A DNA stretch of 61,758 bases, the filler included, from Collodictyon triciliatum (lineage: Eukaryota), in NCBI GenBank assembly GCA_043381765.1. It is 5 parts of 5 records of this genome, joined end to end, with 100 filler letters (N's around TTAATTAATTAA, not from the genome) between each part and the next. Parts side by side here need not be neighbours in the genome. Positions count along the whole stretch, not along the records: positions 10,141 to 31,388 come from JBHJMP010000292.1; 4 more parts are not named here. One strand, 5' to 3'. The translations under genes and the position numbers were made by a program. The notes beneath the pieces were generated by a model. That model saw nothing but the letters and a program-made list of their open reading frames with translations, had not been told where the DNA came from and searched no databases. Below, in pieces: positions 10,925-23,631 of the stretch (positions are counted from its first letter, which is position 1; each line of letters starts with the position of its first letter).

Positions 10925-12361
10925 CTTGTTTGTGGGCCTGCAAGGAAGTGGCAAGACAACGCTGGTGGAAAGTTTGCGAATGGAAGTCAAGATGCAGCTG
11001 CAACTTCAAAATCAAACACAGTCTATTGGGCGGGATGATCAGGAGGACGGGAGACTCGGCTATGTTATTAAAGACTATGCTGTTTTCCCTACAAAGAAAG
11101 TTGTTGTACACACAGTTCCCGTTCAAGCCGGATTCACATTTACCTTTGTCGATACCCCGGGTGCTCTGGCGTATGGCAATTATTTCAACTACATCATAAT
11201 ATTTTCTCCCCCTTTTGTAAGCATTATCAAAAATCAAGTTTTTTAAATTATTTTCCCTTTTTTTTTTTTAGAAAATTGAAAAATAGATTTTTTTTATGGC
11301 ATAGCCTCGCTACACTTTGAATCGAATAAAGGAAAAATTTGTTTTTATTTTTATTATTCTTTTTATTTTTATTTTTATTATTAATATCGTGTTGGTCGTA
11401 ATTGTAATTATGTTATCTGAACTGCTATTTCAACCATAATTACAAGTATTGTAATTATCTTTGGCTACTTAGTCGCTGTTTCACTAAATATGTTAATGAA
11501 TGTGTAAGAAATGATAATATGAGCCTTTTTTTTTGTTGGAAAAAACCCCTAATGTCAACACTTTGTATAGTCACAAACTGGAATGGAAAGACTGGTTACT
11601 CATGGACATACACAGCGTCCTTTTCGTGGTGGATTTCAACGACACACTCAAACTCCCTTTGGCAAAGCAAGTGCTACACGAAATGGCCAACCGAGGTGAT
11701 ATTTTAGCCCTCTTCGATGAATGTGGGTCCGATATATTCTTTTTGTTTTCTTTATTCGATTCATATGAGTCCGATGTATCTACGTTGACAATTACTTTTG
11801 TTTTATTATCATAGCGCACCCTGAGACACACTTTATCATCGTATCTACGCGGCAAGAAAACCACCCTGCAATCAACACTGTAGAGGGAGTGCGTGATTAC
11901 ATGCAGGCTGAGCTGCTGCCTGTTCCAAACTCGGTTGTCTTGGTTTCTGCTCACCGCTCCTCTATGGCTCCCGGCTCTGCATCATGTACGGCTCTATTGA
12001 AGTGGATGGTCACGGCTATGAAGCTGCAGGTCACCTTCGAAGCCGATCCGGAATCCAGAAAGTCGTCCCAGCAGCAGAATGAAATCAGGCCAAAGAATGT
12101 ATTTATTTTTGTTTTTTTATTATCTTTATTATTCTGCATTTATTGATTGCATTATCACATCATGAGCAAATATAATACAATACAATACAATACAATACAA
12201 TACAATACAATACAATACAATACAATACAATACAATACAATACAATACAATACAATACAATACAATGCAGTTCCGAAAGCAATACAAGACTTCTTATTAA
12301 CTGTTGATTCATTTCTGTATATACCGCCCTCCAGATACAACCACAGCTCCCGCGATGGTGA
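10925..12361 (+). CDS. Divergent Arf/Arl-like small GTPase (start codon and last exon uncertain)
   Basis: P-loop LFVGLQGSGKTT, then FVDTPGALA|HKLEWKDW...VLFVVDFND, FIIVSTRQE at the G4 position and VSAH...LLKWM. Confidence 0.65.
11307..11337 (+). mobile_element. Second copy of the short A-tailed element (intronic)
   Basis: 26/26 identity (TCGCTACACTTTGAATCGAATAAAGG) to 4216-4241, on a different scaffold. Confidence 0.7.
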
Positions 12362-13195
12362 TGTAGGCTTATATTTTACTTCCATTCAGTCCGGTCGCCA
12401 GTTTATTTGTATGATTTAGACACAGAAAGGAGAGAGAGAGAGAGAGCAAGATAGCACTTTCTATTGTAAAAATAAAAACAACGGCTCTCTTCCTATGTTC
12501 ATGATGTTCTAGTAGACTAAGTAGCTAGGGAGAACCAGAAAAAAAGAACACAAGTGGCTAAGGATGAAGTTCAAAGCTTTACCTTTCCATCAGGCCAGGT
12601 TTTCTTTTCATTTCATTTCTTTTGGAAGATTCAAGAGTATGGAGACATATTANNNNNNNNNNNNNNNNNNNNNNNNNNNNNNNNNNNNNNNNNNNNNNNN
12701 NNNNNNNNNNNNNNNNNNNNNNNNNNNNNNNNNNNNNNNNNNNNNNNNNNNNNNNNNNNNNNNNNNNNNNNNNNNNNNNNNNNNNNNNNNNNNNNNNNNN
12801 NNNNNNNNNNNNNNNNNNNNNNNNNNNNNNNNNNNNNNNNNNNNNNNNNNNNNNNNNNNNNNNNNNNNNNNNNNNNNNNNNNNNNNNNNNNNNNNNNNNN
12901 NNNNNNNNNNNNNNNNNNNNNNNNNNNNNNNNNNNNNNNNNNNNNNNNNNNNNNNNNNNNNNNNNNNNNNNNNNNNNNNNNNNNNNNNNNNNNNNNNNNN
13001 NNNNNNNNNNNNNNNNNNNNNNNNNNNNNNNNNNNNNNNNNNNNNNNNNNNNNNNNNNNNNNNNNNNNNNNNNNNNNNNNNNNNNNNNNNNNNNNNNNNN
13101 NNNNNNNNNNNNNNNNNNNNNNNNNNNNNNNNNNNNNNNNNNNNNNNNNNNNNNNNNNNNNNNNNNNNNNNNNNNNNNNNNNNNNNAAATAGGAC

Positions 13196-13842
13196 CAATT
13201 TGATGCACTTCTCGCTCAACTCTTCGACCTTTTCCGAATACCGTTTGGAACTTTTTGCAATTAAGCGTACCTCTTCTTTTCCCATGTTTGTGGCAGCAAC
13301 TAGCAGGCAAATACACGTTTGAGTAGAAAGAGAAGAAAAAGGTTATTATATGCAACAAAAATTAATTGATATCGATGTATAGACCCATCTTTTTTGTATT
13401 TTGTTTTGTTTTGTTTTGTTTTGTTTTGTTTTGTTTTGTTTTGTTTTGTTTTGTTTTGTTTTGTTTTGTTTTGTTTTTGTTTTGTGTTTTGTGTTTTGTG
13501 TTTTGTGTTTTGTGTTTTGTTTTGTTTTGTTTTGTTTTGTTTTGTTTTGTTTTGTTTTGTTTTGTTTTGTTTTGTTTTGTTTTGTTTTGTTTTGTTTTGT
13601 TTTGTTTTGTTTTTGGACAAGCCGACTTATATCTTAAATATATTTTTTTAATAATATTGCAATATTACTAACAAAAAAAAAAGGGAACGATGGGGGATAC
13701 GCGGCTCAAGAAAGTGGGGAGGAAAATGGTGAGCGTGGGATCAAAGCACAATACCAAACGCTGTGTCCAGATGCGGTGAGATCGGTGTTGAAAGCATCTC
13801 GTACGCAGACGGATCAAATCGCCGTGAGGAATTACTTGTCAT
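13196..13842 (-). CDS. Unknown small, possibly coiled-coil protein; two visible exons, continues into the gap
   Basis: MTSNSSRRFDPSAYEMLSTPISPHLDTAF g|gtattg...ctag|VAATNMGKEEVRLIAKSSKRYSEKVEELSEKCIKL joins in frame. No family recognised. Confidence 0.45.
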
Positions 13843-14323
13843 GCCTGAAACACAGCGTTGATCTTCCTCTCTGCTCGGGCGGTTTCTGTCGAAAAGGAGG
13901 CAACAAAGGGAAAAAACAAACGGAAGCAACGGAAAGAAAGTAAAAGTGTTTCTTACAGTACCACAACCAAACTCACACAACCCCTTCTATTTCTTTGTGT
14001 CAGTCATCTCCGCATTAAAAAAAAAATGCGAATACGAAAGAATAATTCATGGAGTGAGAACACATCGCTGAATACGCAAGAATAAAAGGCATTGGCACAT
14101 GTATCTTAATTTCTCTAACATAACTGTTATACTCATTGAGTCGCTATTTATTCATTCTTTGCTCACGCGAGGATAGATCGAGGAAAGAGGAACACAGTGA
14201 ATAAACAGTACACAGGCTAACGGGTGAATAGGGAAACACTTAATAGGGAAACACTTGAATAGGGAAACGAATGAGCAAAAGGCTTTTGAGCCTTCTGATT
14301 GTGCTCACAAAGACCTTAGTGGC

Positions 14324-15418
14324 CTAGTAGGATGTGAGCTTGACAATGGAATAGGGGCCTGTCCCAAAGTTATTAACACATATGCCGTAGATGGAGGACT
14401 CTTCAGGGACATCTGCTAAGGTTGTCAATGGGGTCAAGCAGCTTGGCGGGACTCTGACTTCCTTGACCACTCGTGCTGTTACCCATCCATCGTCAGATTG
14501 TGCCACGACAAGGACATCCGGAGGCTTGGCGATGTATAATGTTTTCTTCTGCTGGTCGAAGCGAATGCCATCCACTGAGTCGATGACACCGGATGTGACC
14601 TCCACCATTTGTGCATCGCTCGGGTCGTTTGCGTTTATACGAAGAAGGCCGCCTCCTTGGGAAGCAGGCTGAGAAATGCCGACAAGAAGCATGCCGTCCA
14701 CGTACTCGATCCCATTGAATCCCAGGTTTGTGGGAGGGACGTTGCTGAAGTCATAGGCCGGGTCATTGAAGAAGACTGATACTGAGAGGGTTTTTGTGCC
14801 GAGGTCAAGAACTCCCTTCAAAATCATTCCATCGAGGGAGTTTGTTGCATACACCACGCCGTCATGGACAACAAGGTCATTGATCAGCATGGCATCATTA
14901 ACAGCATCATTGCGGAGGTTAGTAACGTCTGCAAGGATGATATCTCCCGTGACTACGTTCTTATACAGGATTCCTCCTTGGATTGGAAATGCTGGGCTTG
15001 GCGGGAAAGAGCCCAAAGCAGCCCAAAACCCATAGTTTGTCGCATTTGTATCGACATAGATTCCAATAGAGCCGATATTAAATTCATTTGGTGCGATTCT
15101 CGCTTGGACGGCAGCTGGTTGGCTCCCAGTGGATGGAAGCAGCGCGCTAATGACTCCAGTCGCTATCGAGCCGAAGAGAAACTCGCGGGCAATTGGGTCC
15201 CAAGCAATGCCTTCAGTGACATAGCTCTTTGCTGGGATATTGTAAGCCGCCTGAAAAGCATCTGGAGATGAATCAACGTCGTCGTCCTCCATGGCCTCAT
15301 GCAAGGCGATGGAAGAGATGACAATGGACGCCACTGCAAGGGCAGTCACAAAAAGAAGCAGGAGCTTGAACCCGAGACTGGACTTTGGCGTGTCAGGGCT
15401 GTCAAAACCAAGTGTCAT
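14324..15418 (-). CDS. Intronless SMP-30/gluconolactonase-like beta-propeller with an N-terminal membrane anchor (~364 aa)
   Basis: Long clean ORF. Hydrophobic LLLLFVTALAVASIVISSIAL segment and blade motifs EGIAWD, INDLVV, GFNGIEY, DGIRFD. Confidence 0.8.
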   Translation of the reverse strand: MTLGFDSPDTPKSSLGFKLLLLFVTALAVASIVISSIALHEAMEDDDVDSSPDAFQAAYNIPAKSYVTEGIAWDPIAREFLFGSIATGVISALLPSTGSQPAAVQARIAPNEFNIGSIGIYVDTNATNYGFWAALGSFPPSPAFPIQGGILYKNVVTGDIILADVTNLRNDAVNDAMLINDLVVHDGVVYATNSLDGMILKGVLDLGTKTLSVSVFFNDPAYDFSNVPPTNLGFNGIEYVDGMLLVGISQPASQGGGLLRINANDPSDAQMVEVTSGVIDSVDGIRFDQQKKTLYIAKPPDVLVVAQSDDGWVTARVVKEVRVPPSCLTPLTTLADVPEESSIYGICVNNFGTGPYSIVKLTSY

Positions 15419-16440
15419 GTCGACTTGTAGTCTAGGGTGACCTGTGAGTGGTAGGAATGAGTGCGCTGATTTGAGCAAATTACTTTTATTACAAACACGT
15501 TTTTTCGCTTCAGAGTTTGTGAAGGAAATGAAAGGTTTTTCGTGGTAGCGGTGCGGGTACGCCAAGGATGTTTCTTCGGTAGAGAACGAGCGGCTTGCCC
15601 AGCGCACGTTTGTAAACGCGTCATGAAACGAAATGTGACTTGGTCACAGAACATGCTATTCTAAGGGATCCTTTTAGCTGGATAGGTCGATTTGTTTTTC
15701 CTCTCGGTGTGATGCCGCATTGTTCCACTTGGCTCCACATGATCAGTTACTTTCGTGCGCATGGACACTGACACCCGTTTACGAATATATGGATGTCTGC
15801 GTAGCCGAAACATGTCAACCTCACTTCAAATTTCGAGCGATGGGTGCGTGGTCATAGTGTTGTGGTCATTTCCACATGTTTAGGTGATGTCAACATCTCT
15901 GTATGCTCAGCTTTGTTGTGGGACGAATATCTGTTGACATCAAGTGTGTGAGGTTTTAGCAAAGACGCAGATTAGGCAGGATATGGGTTATAGGGATATA
16001 CAACACAGACAGACAACAGCGCATCACACCATTATAGTGTCCGATCGGATTTGCTTCATGTATCAAGTATGACTTTTTGACCTATGCTATCGAACAAAGC
16101 TGAACTAGAGATGAATTATGAAGATTAAATTATAAAATCCACAACTGATGATTTTTTTTGTATTTTCGATGACCACAAGATTCAAACATCCAAAAGAGCC
16201 GATCAAAAGAGTTTAAGCTCAGTTTCACACACATATGATGAGTCGGTCTTGTTTTCAACCCAGACACTGCGCCCGCGAAAAAAAGCAGCGAAAAGGCTCG
16301 GAAAACCCGCACAAGGGCGAAGCGAGCGTAACTGGATGCATTCCCCCCGTCCTTTATTTAAAACCGAAACCAGCAGCCTGTGCTGGGTGTTGGACGTGGC
16401 TCCTTACAACAGCGGACTCGCCGAGCTTTTCTTATTTTTC

Positions 16441-16472
<32 letters not shown>

Positions 16473-16602
16473 CATCATTATTGTTATTAATTCACTTTTT
16501 TCTTTTTCTGTTTCTTTTATGCTGCCATTTTGTTCAGCTAGCAACCGCGACTTTCTTCGCTCCAGGACTTCACTTACGCATAACTATCGCCAATCTGCAA
16601 TA

Positions 16603-19600
16603 ATGGAAGGAAACTCTGTTGCGCCGTCCAAGGTCGTTCACATCCGCCAGCTCGGCCAGGACTTTAACGAGGTACTTAGACTGGCCATCTTGCAAGCACT
16701 AGTCCAACCAACACACACGCACATATACATTTATTTTCACAATTAGAGTTTCAGAAAGAAATATCAACACTATTATTTTTTTTTTTAAAAAAAAATAAAG
16801 CAGCCAAAAGCAAGCTTAAAAACTGCAAATAAAACAACAATAAAACATCCACAAATATGGACATAATATGTTCAACGCAGCACATACTTTGCAAAAATAC
16901 AGAAAAAAGTGCCTCGTGAAGCTCTGTATAGTTTTGAACCTAATATTATCCTTTTTTCTTTTTTGAAAGGGCGACCTAAGAAACATCACCAGCCAATTTG
17001 GGAACGTTTCGAGGATTGTGGTCATGCGCAACAAAGGACAAGTAAGTTACCATAATCTTCTGTCTCGTGTAAATAGCTCTGTGTATATCTGAAAACCCCT
17101 GCAAACAAGCCCTTATTCGCCATCAAAACAACTCTTTATTTTGTTTTGATTTGAAAGCCTGAAATCATCTCTAAAACTTGTGTCTTTAAAAAAGTGACGA
17201 ATCTAGTCGATTTATGACGTATCTTGCTTGTCCAACAAATTGACAACATAATAATATATTTGAAGGCTCTCGTTCAATTTGCCGAGATTCACTGCGCGAT
17301 TCAGTTTGTCCAATTCTACTCTGCACATCCTCTTGTGATTAGGTAACTTCCCTTTTTTTTTTATTTCTCCTATAATTACTTACGACGGCTCTTCAGCTGA
17401 AATTATCATTCTACATGAATTACATCTGCAAGAGTCATGAACAGCTTCTCACATCCTCACAATCTCACAAGCTCTATCTTTCACTTAAATGATAAATGTA
17501 TGTTGGAGAGCAAGAAATATACTTAAATAATGAAAACATAAGAAATTCGAATGTGGTCGTCCAATTTTCGAGCCATCCAGAGCTCAATGCGGAGAAGCAG
17601 CTGTCGCAAGCCTTCCCTGAACAGGTCATTCAAAACTTACAAACTTTTCTGTATCGTGAGCGATTGTATTTTTTTTTCATCTGGAAAAGAAAAAGCATAA
17701 CAGCTCTAAAATCCATCGAAATAAATGTGGTCGACTATATTTGAAATGTTCACCATCATCCAATGGGAACTCAATTACAATCCTATACCTTATTTCTGAT
17801 AGTCCGGCGAAAATCTCCGACCAAATCACATTCTCCTAGCCACTATTCTCAATCCCCACTACCCAATCACCTCCGACGTACTTCATCAGGTATTCATTCT
17901 CGTACCCTTTGAACAATCCTGTATCATGTCTCAGCTAATTAGCCGGGCACTCAATTATTTCACTACATAAGCTTGAAGTATATCCCTTTAGTTCTTCAAT
18001 CACCTCCTGCCTGTTTGTGATATGCGGATATCCCATACTTGCTATTATTGATACACATATTCATTTATCTCAATCTCATAGGTCTTCTCGCCTTTTGGGT
18101 ACTTAATCAAAGTTGTTATCTTCCAAAAAGCTGCCGGTAATCAATGATGTTCTAATTCTAATTTTTTTTCAACTGAAGTGTCAACACTCTTAGTCCCGCA
18201 CTGTCGTATTCTCTCATCACCAACCTAACTCCCAATTACCTTGATTGGCATCCAACGCTTACAGGACTGCAGGCTTTGATTCAGTACCAAAACACAGAAC
18301 ACGCCGTGCAAGCCAAGAATCAGCTTCATAACCAAGTGAGAATTCAACTACAACGTGCTAGAAATATAGCTGAACCCATTTCCTTAACTGAATACGTGTT
18401 TGTATCTGGCTTCTCTTTCGTCCTCTTTTTATTGTCTCAACTTGTCTGTACATACCTATTCAATCTTTTACGTGTCCTTCACTCATCACTTGAACACCAG
18501 TAACATATTTCTCATACAATAAACACAGAATATTTATCCTGGCTGCTGCACGCTGTTGATTCAGTTCTCAAACCTCACTGAGCTCTCTGTACGCTTCAAC
18601 AACAGCCGTTCCAGGTTAGTTGCGCTCGTAGCACACACCCTATCACATACATGGTCAACACACATGAAATAGCTATTTCAAACAGTTGCATTATAATACA
18701 TAGTTAGACATATACTTGTTTCTCAAGGCAGCGCATGTGATTATGCTCATGTTGATTAAGAAATATGATAGAAGCTTATTCTCACAAAATTCGTGAATGT
18801 GCAAAATAGGGACTTTACAAACCCAAGTCTCCCCACTGGCGAGCAGCGTGAACCTGAGGCCAGTCAGGCTTATTTGCAAGTATCTTCTATTATCTATCAA
18901 TATTATCAAACACATATCCATTTAACTAGTTACATATCCACTCTAACATCTTGATACTGACGTCAAAATTTCATTTCATTTTCATATGATAATATTACTA
19001 ATATACCGCTCTTTCATTTCACAGCAGGGTCAACGCGGAGGAAACTATTTTGGACATCAGAACTATTACCCTTACAACTACAACTTTCGGTAGGAAAGTC
19101 TGATAATATTTCTATCATTTATTGTTTTTTTTAGAGCCTTGAACTTTAACGTCCATCTTCCTTCTTGTCCAATAGTCTTATCTGTATTTACGTGAGTTTT
19201 ACATGTAGATTCGAATCTAGCAACCCTACTCCCAACGCTCGTTCTGTTCTCCTGATTACCAATTTGGACCCAGAGGTATATTGCCTTATCCCGGAAGAAA
19301 GATAGAAATCACCAAAAGACTAAATAAACCTATGAATCTGCTGTCCGCCACAAGCTTTGCTCATTCGGATTTCAGTTTCTAAATCCTATCTTTCGTATAT
19401 GATAGCTTGTAATTAAATCTCTGCCCTTTAATAGAAAGTCACATGCGACCACCTTTTCAACATCTTCTCCAATTACGGCAACATCCTGAAGATCAAAATC
19501 CTGCACACGTATATTTTTACTGACAAAGAGGCTGTTTTTGTTCCAGCATCTTTATCAATTTGCTACCAACTTTTATTCAACATACCATTAAATATATTCT

Positions 19601-20548
19601 CTCCAATATTCTCATACAGAAAGCCCGACCACGCATTGATTCAGATGGCTGATGGAAACCAAGCTACAAATGCCATGACTTATCTTAAGGTAACATTCCA
19701 AACTTGAAATACACGAATCAATACATGCGAATTTTTTAAAGCACCATGCCTCTAAATCTATACTCTTTTCTCGGACGAACTGTGCGAAGAATTATTACTG
19801 CTCACAATCGTTTTTTTTTCTTTCCCACTCCTATCTAATAAAAAAAAAAATAATAATAAAAAGGGTGCGCCACTGTTCGGTCGTCCGATGGAGATTGCTA
19901 GCTCTAAGTGTGTGTCTGTCCAAATCTCGACATCAGACACCAACCCAAATCGTGCCAAGGATTACAGCACGAACACCCTCAATCGATTTTCGAACGCCAT
20001 AGCAGCCCAGCGCAATATGAAGCATATCTGCTCGCCCTCCAACGTGCTGCACGTCTCAAACCTTGCCCACGTAAACGCCTCTTCCCAGACATCCACAAAA
20101 CCAACGATGAAGGGGAGAAAGATGATTCTCTTATTTTCCCTTCCATAGACACAGACATATATAAATGAAAATTGAAAAAATAAAATATGAATGATGAAAG
20201 TAGAGCACCTCAAAACATCTGAATCCACAGAGCGTCGAGGCACCTGCCCTCACCGAGCTCTTCAGCCGTTTCGGGGCCGTGCAGGACATCAAGGTCTTTG
20301 AATCAAGCATGAAGCGCCAGGCCTTTGTGCAGTTTGCAGATGTTGCCACAGCCATCCATGTCCTTGTCTTCACATACGGCGCTGAAGTCCAAGGCCGCCC
20401 CATCCGCGTGTCCTTCTCGTCCCGCACATCTGTGCAGTCCAACACATCTCTGCCTTCCTCTGCCGGACGCATCTCGCCCACGCCCCACTCGGCCTCTGCA
20501 TCCTCGTCGGTCTCGGCCATGACCGGCGGGGTTCAGGCTGTCTACTAG
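16603..20548 (+). CDS. PTBP: Polypyrimidine tract-binding protein / hnRNP L family, four RRMs, about 14 exons
   Basis: PSKVVHIRQL, QALVQF, QFSSHPEL, YPITSDVLHQ|VFSPFG, QALIQY, IYPGCCTLLIQFS, DFTNPSLPTG, LFNIFSNYGNI, HALIQM, PSNVLHVSNL. TAG at 20546-20548. Confidence 0.93.
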
Positions 20549-22511
20549 GGGCCCAAATCCCGGGCGACAGGGAAGAGGCTCTCCGAAAATGCAAGGAGGC
20601 TAAGGAACGCATGGATAAGAAGCAATCGCCGAGATGAAATTAGGATGTGAACGTTAGGTTGGTTGCTTGCTTGCTGGCCGATGATGAAAAGCTGTGGACA
20701 GTGTCGAGTGAATGAGAAAGAATAGAAAAAAAAAATGAACAAGAGGAAAGGGTAGAAGAAAAAGAAATACCCTTCCCCGAAATCATTTTCTTTGGTTCCA
20801 TACTCGCCAAATAAGCAGTTTTCATCGAGGCCTCTCCGTCAACCTATCATTCAATTCTACCTTCGTCATGATTCTGCTCTTTACATGTTTCATTTCCGCC
20901 TCCCAACCCTGTCGCATCGGCGAAGGACACAAAGCTGCCCAAAATCCCCGCTCGTGTCAGCCCAGTCCGCCACTTGGTACGTCACATTGAAGCAGCCACC
21001 AGGAACCCATCCTGCTTTGCCATCTCGTCAAGAAATGCATATTTTCCCACTTTATAGTCTCCTCTTTCTCCCTATCTCTCTTGAAAATGATTCTCACCAT
21101 CACTGACACACACGTGATATTTGATCCTCTCTGATCCGCGCACAAACCCTCTCTTTTTCCCTCAGATGGCCATCGCCCGTTTTTGTGTCTTGTCCCGCAT
21201 CATCCCCATCCTGGGCACCCGACACAACCTCTACGTTTCAATCAACCCTATCCCATTTATCCTCCTTTTCTTCCTTCCTTGCCTTTCTTTTTCATTTTTT
21301 TTTTCGAAAGAAAAGACCACCGACCTTAGACAACACCACCTGCCCTGAATCACCAATACTTCCCCACTGCTGCGGTTCGACCACCTCAAACGCAATACCC
21401 CGTCTCTTTTCCTGTCCCCGAAGCTAGTCTCTCTTTTTCTTTGACACACACATACTCACACACACACTCTCTCAGCTGCCTTTGCCCTTTCCTTCTCTCT
21501 TTGTTGCTGCCAAGTATCATTTAATTGCCTGGCCCATGTTGAGGAGTAGAAAGAATAGCAGAACTGGAGAGAAGTATGGTGCAGCATGGACGAGTCGGAA
21601 AAAAAAGAAGTTGCCTCCATTCCCCTTGTTTCTCTTTTGCTTCTCTCTTTCTTTCAACTCACCTCTTCTCTCACCCTCACTCTTTGTCTTCCTCTCTTCG
21701 TCCATCCGTTCTTTCTCTTGGTTGCTCTGTTTCAGAACGTTATCACGACGCCATCACAAACAAAGCAAAGCAACATCGCCATCTATGCAGAATAATGAGA
21801 AGAAAAGAGAGAGAGAGAGAGAGAGAAAGAAAAAAAAAGTGCAAGACCCCGCATGCAACCTCAACATCATCACTGCCATCATCACCATCATCACCACCAC
21901 CATCATCGTCATCACTGCTACTGCCTCCTTCTGCTCTCTCTTCGCCCTGCTAGTGTACCAAAGTTCCGCCACCACCCTGCCTCACACATACACCGCCCAG
22001 ACACACCCCCCACGCCTGCTTTGCTTCATCCCCTCCCACGCCTTGTGTCTGGGCTGCCTCGCCTCCTCCGTCTGGTGCCTCCTGCAACCTTCCACAACAC
22101 ACAACACACTCGGCTGTCCGCACTGCGAATACCACCTGCCAAGGACTGTGGCCGCCCCTTTTCTTTCCCTGTTGTTTTTTCGCCTTCTTTCCTCTCTTTC
22201 CCTCCCTCCAATCTGGTCTCTGAGGCCATCACCAACGAATCACTTTTGATTCCCACTCGGTCGTTCATGCGGCTGCAATAAAATGAGTCTTCTCCACAGA
22301 CAACAACCTCTGTCTCTACAACACCTTTTCTTTTTTTTCTTCTTTTTTTCTTTTTTAAATCACACCATTTATTTGACCCACATCGGCTCGGTTCGACTAT
22401 GCACATTCCCAAACGCGCAGTCCCAGCGATGGCGCCACATGGCAATCCTCGAAGTGGTGCGTCCATCCGCGCGATTGGGGAGACCAATCCAACACCGCGG
22501 CGACAGCAGAG

Positions 22512-23120
22512 TCACAGCGCGTCAATCGGGAACGAGCCATATGTCTGCAGAGTGCGTCGCAAACATACCGTGTTAGGCATCTCTCACGTGGGTGTCCCAA
22601 TAGGGAGAAAAAGAAAAAACAGGGAGGAATCAAGAGTAGAATAATAATAAACAATCCAATAATCCCGACACCAGAATATATACAATTTGATTGATTATTA
22701 GCGCTACCACTATTGTCTGCACGTCTTTTTTCTTCTCTCGACAAAAAGAAGAAAAAAAAGATAAAAAAAGATAGAAAAAAGCAGGAGCGATTGCCAATGG
22801 TCTTGGTGCGGCTAAAACGGTACCTGGTTCCACTCGACATACTGTTGCAAATCCCTCTGCGAGACGCTTGCGCGCACCTGCTTCATGGCCGCCTCGAAGT
22901 CTCCGAGATGGATGGGCCGCACACTCGAAGCGCTGATACTGCAGATGCTGTCGCCCAGGCTGCGGATGGGTCCCATGGCCGCCTCTGTGCACAGCGCCCG
23001 CATGTCGGAGCCCGAGTACCCTTTTTTTTTTTTTCGCCCATCCATTTAGTCCTTTCATCCCTCCTTTTCTTTTCTTTTCTTTTTTCGTTTGAATACTTGA
23101 CATAATTGGTACGCCCAAAT

Positions 23121-23176
<56 letters not shown>

Positions 23177-23533
23177 GTCCATGGTAATGAATGAAAATGA
23201 AGGTGATAATGAAAAAGAAAAAAAGGGGATAAAAATAAAAGAGAAAGGAAAAGCCCAAACCGTCTGTCCTTTGGGAGATGGTGTCGATGTCCTGCTCGCT
23301 GAGGGAATTCTCCTGCTTCGCCAGAAGGTTCTGCACAAGGACACGCCGGGCCACGGTGTCCGGCAAAGGGATGTAGAGGCGCTTCACCATGCGGCGTCGG
23401 GCAGCCTCGTCCAGCTCCTGCGGCCTGAGTGGTTTGCTGGTGAATTCTTTTTGTTTTTCCTTTCATTTTGTCTCTGATTCACACATTAATCGCCATCGGG
23501 TGGGACATTGTACCACACGAGATATATTCAAAA

Positions 23534-23631
<98 letters not shown>

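Noticed and set aside
14225-14268. (GAATAGGGAAACACTT)x3 as a telomeric repeat or regulatory array
   Set aside because: Only about three imperfect copies and no other occurrence, so an ordinary local duplication.
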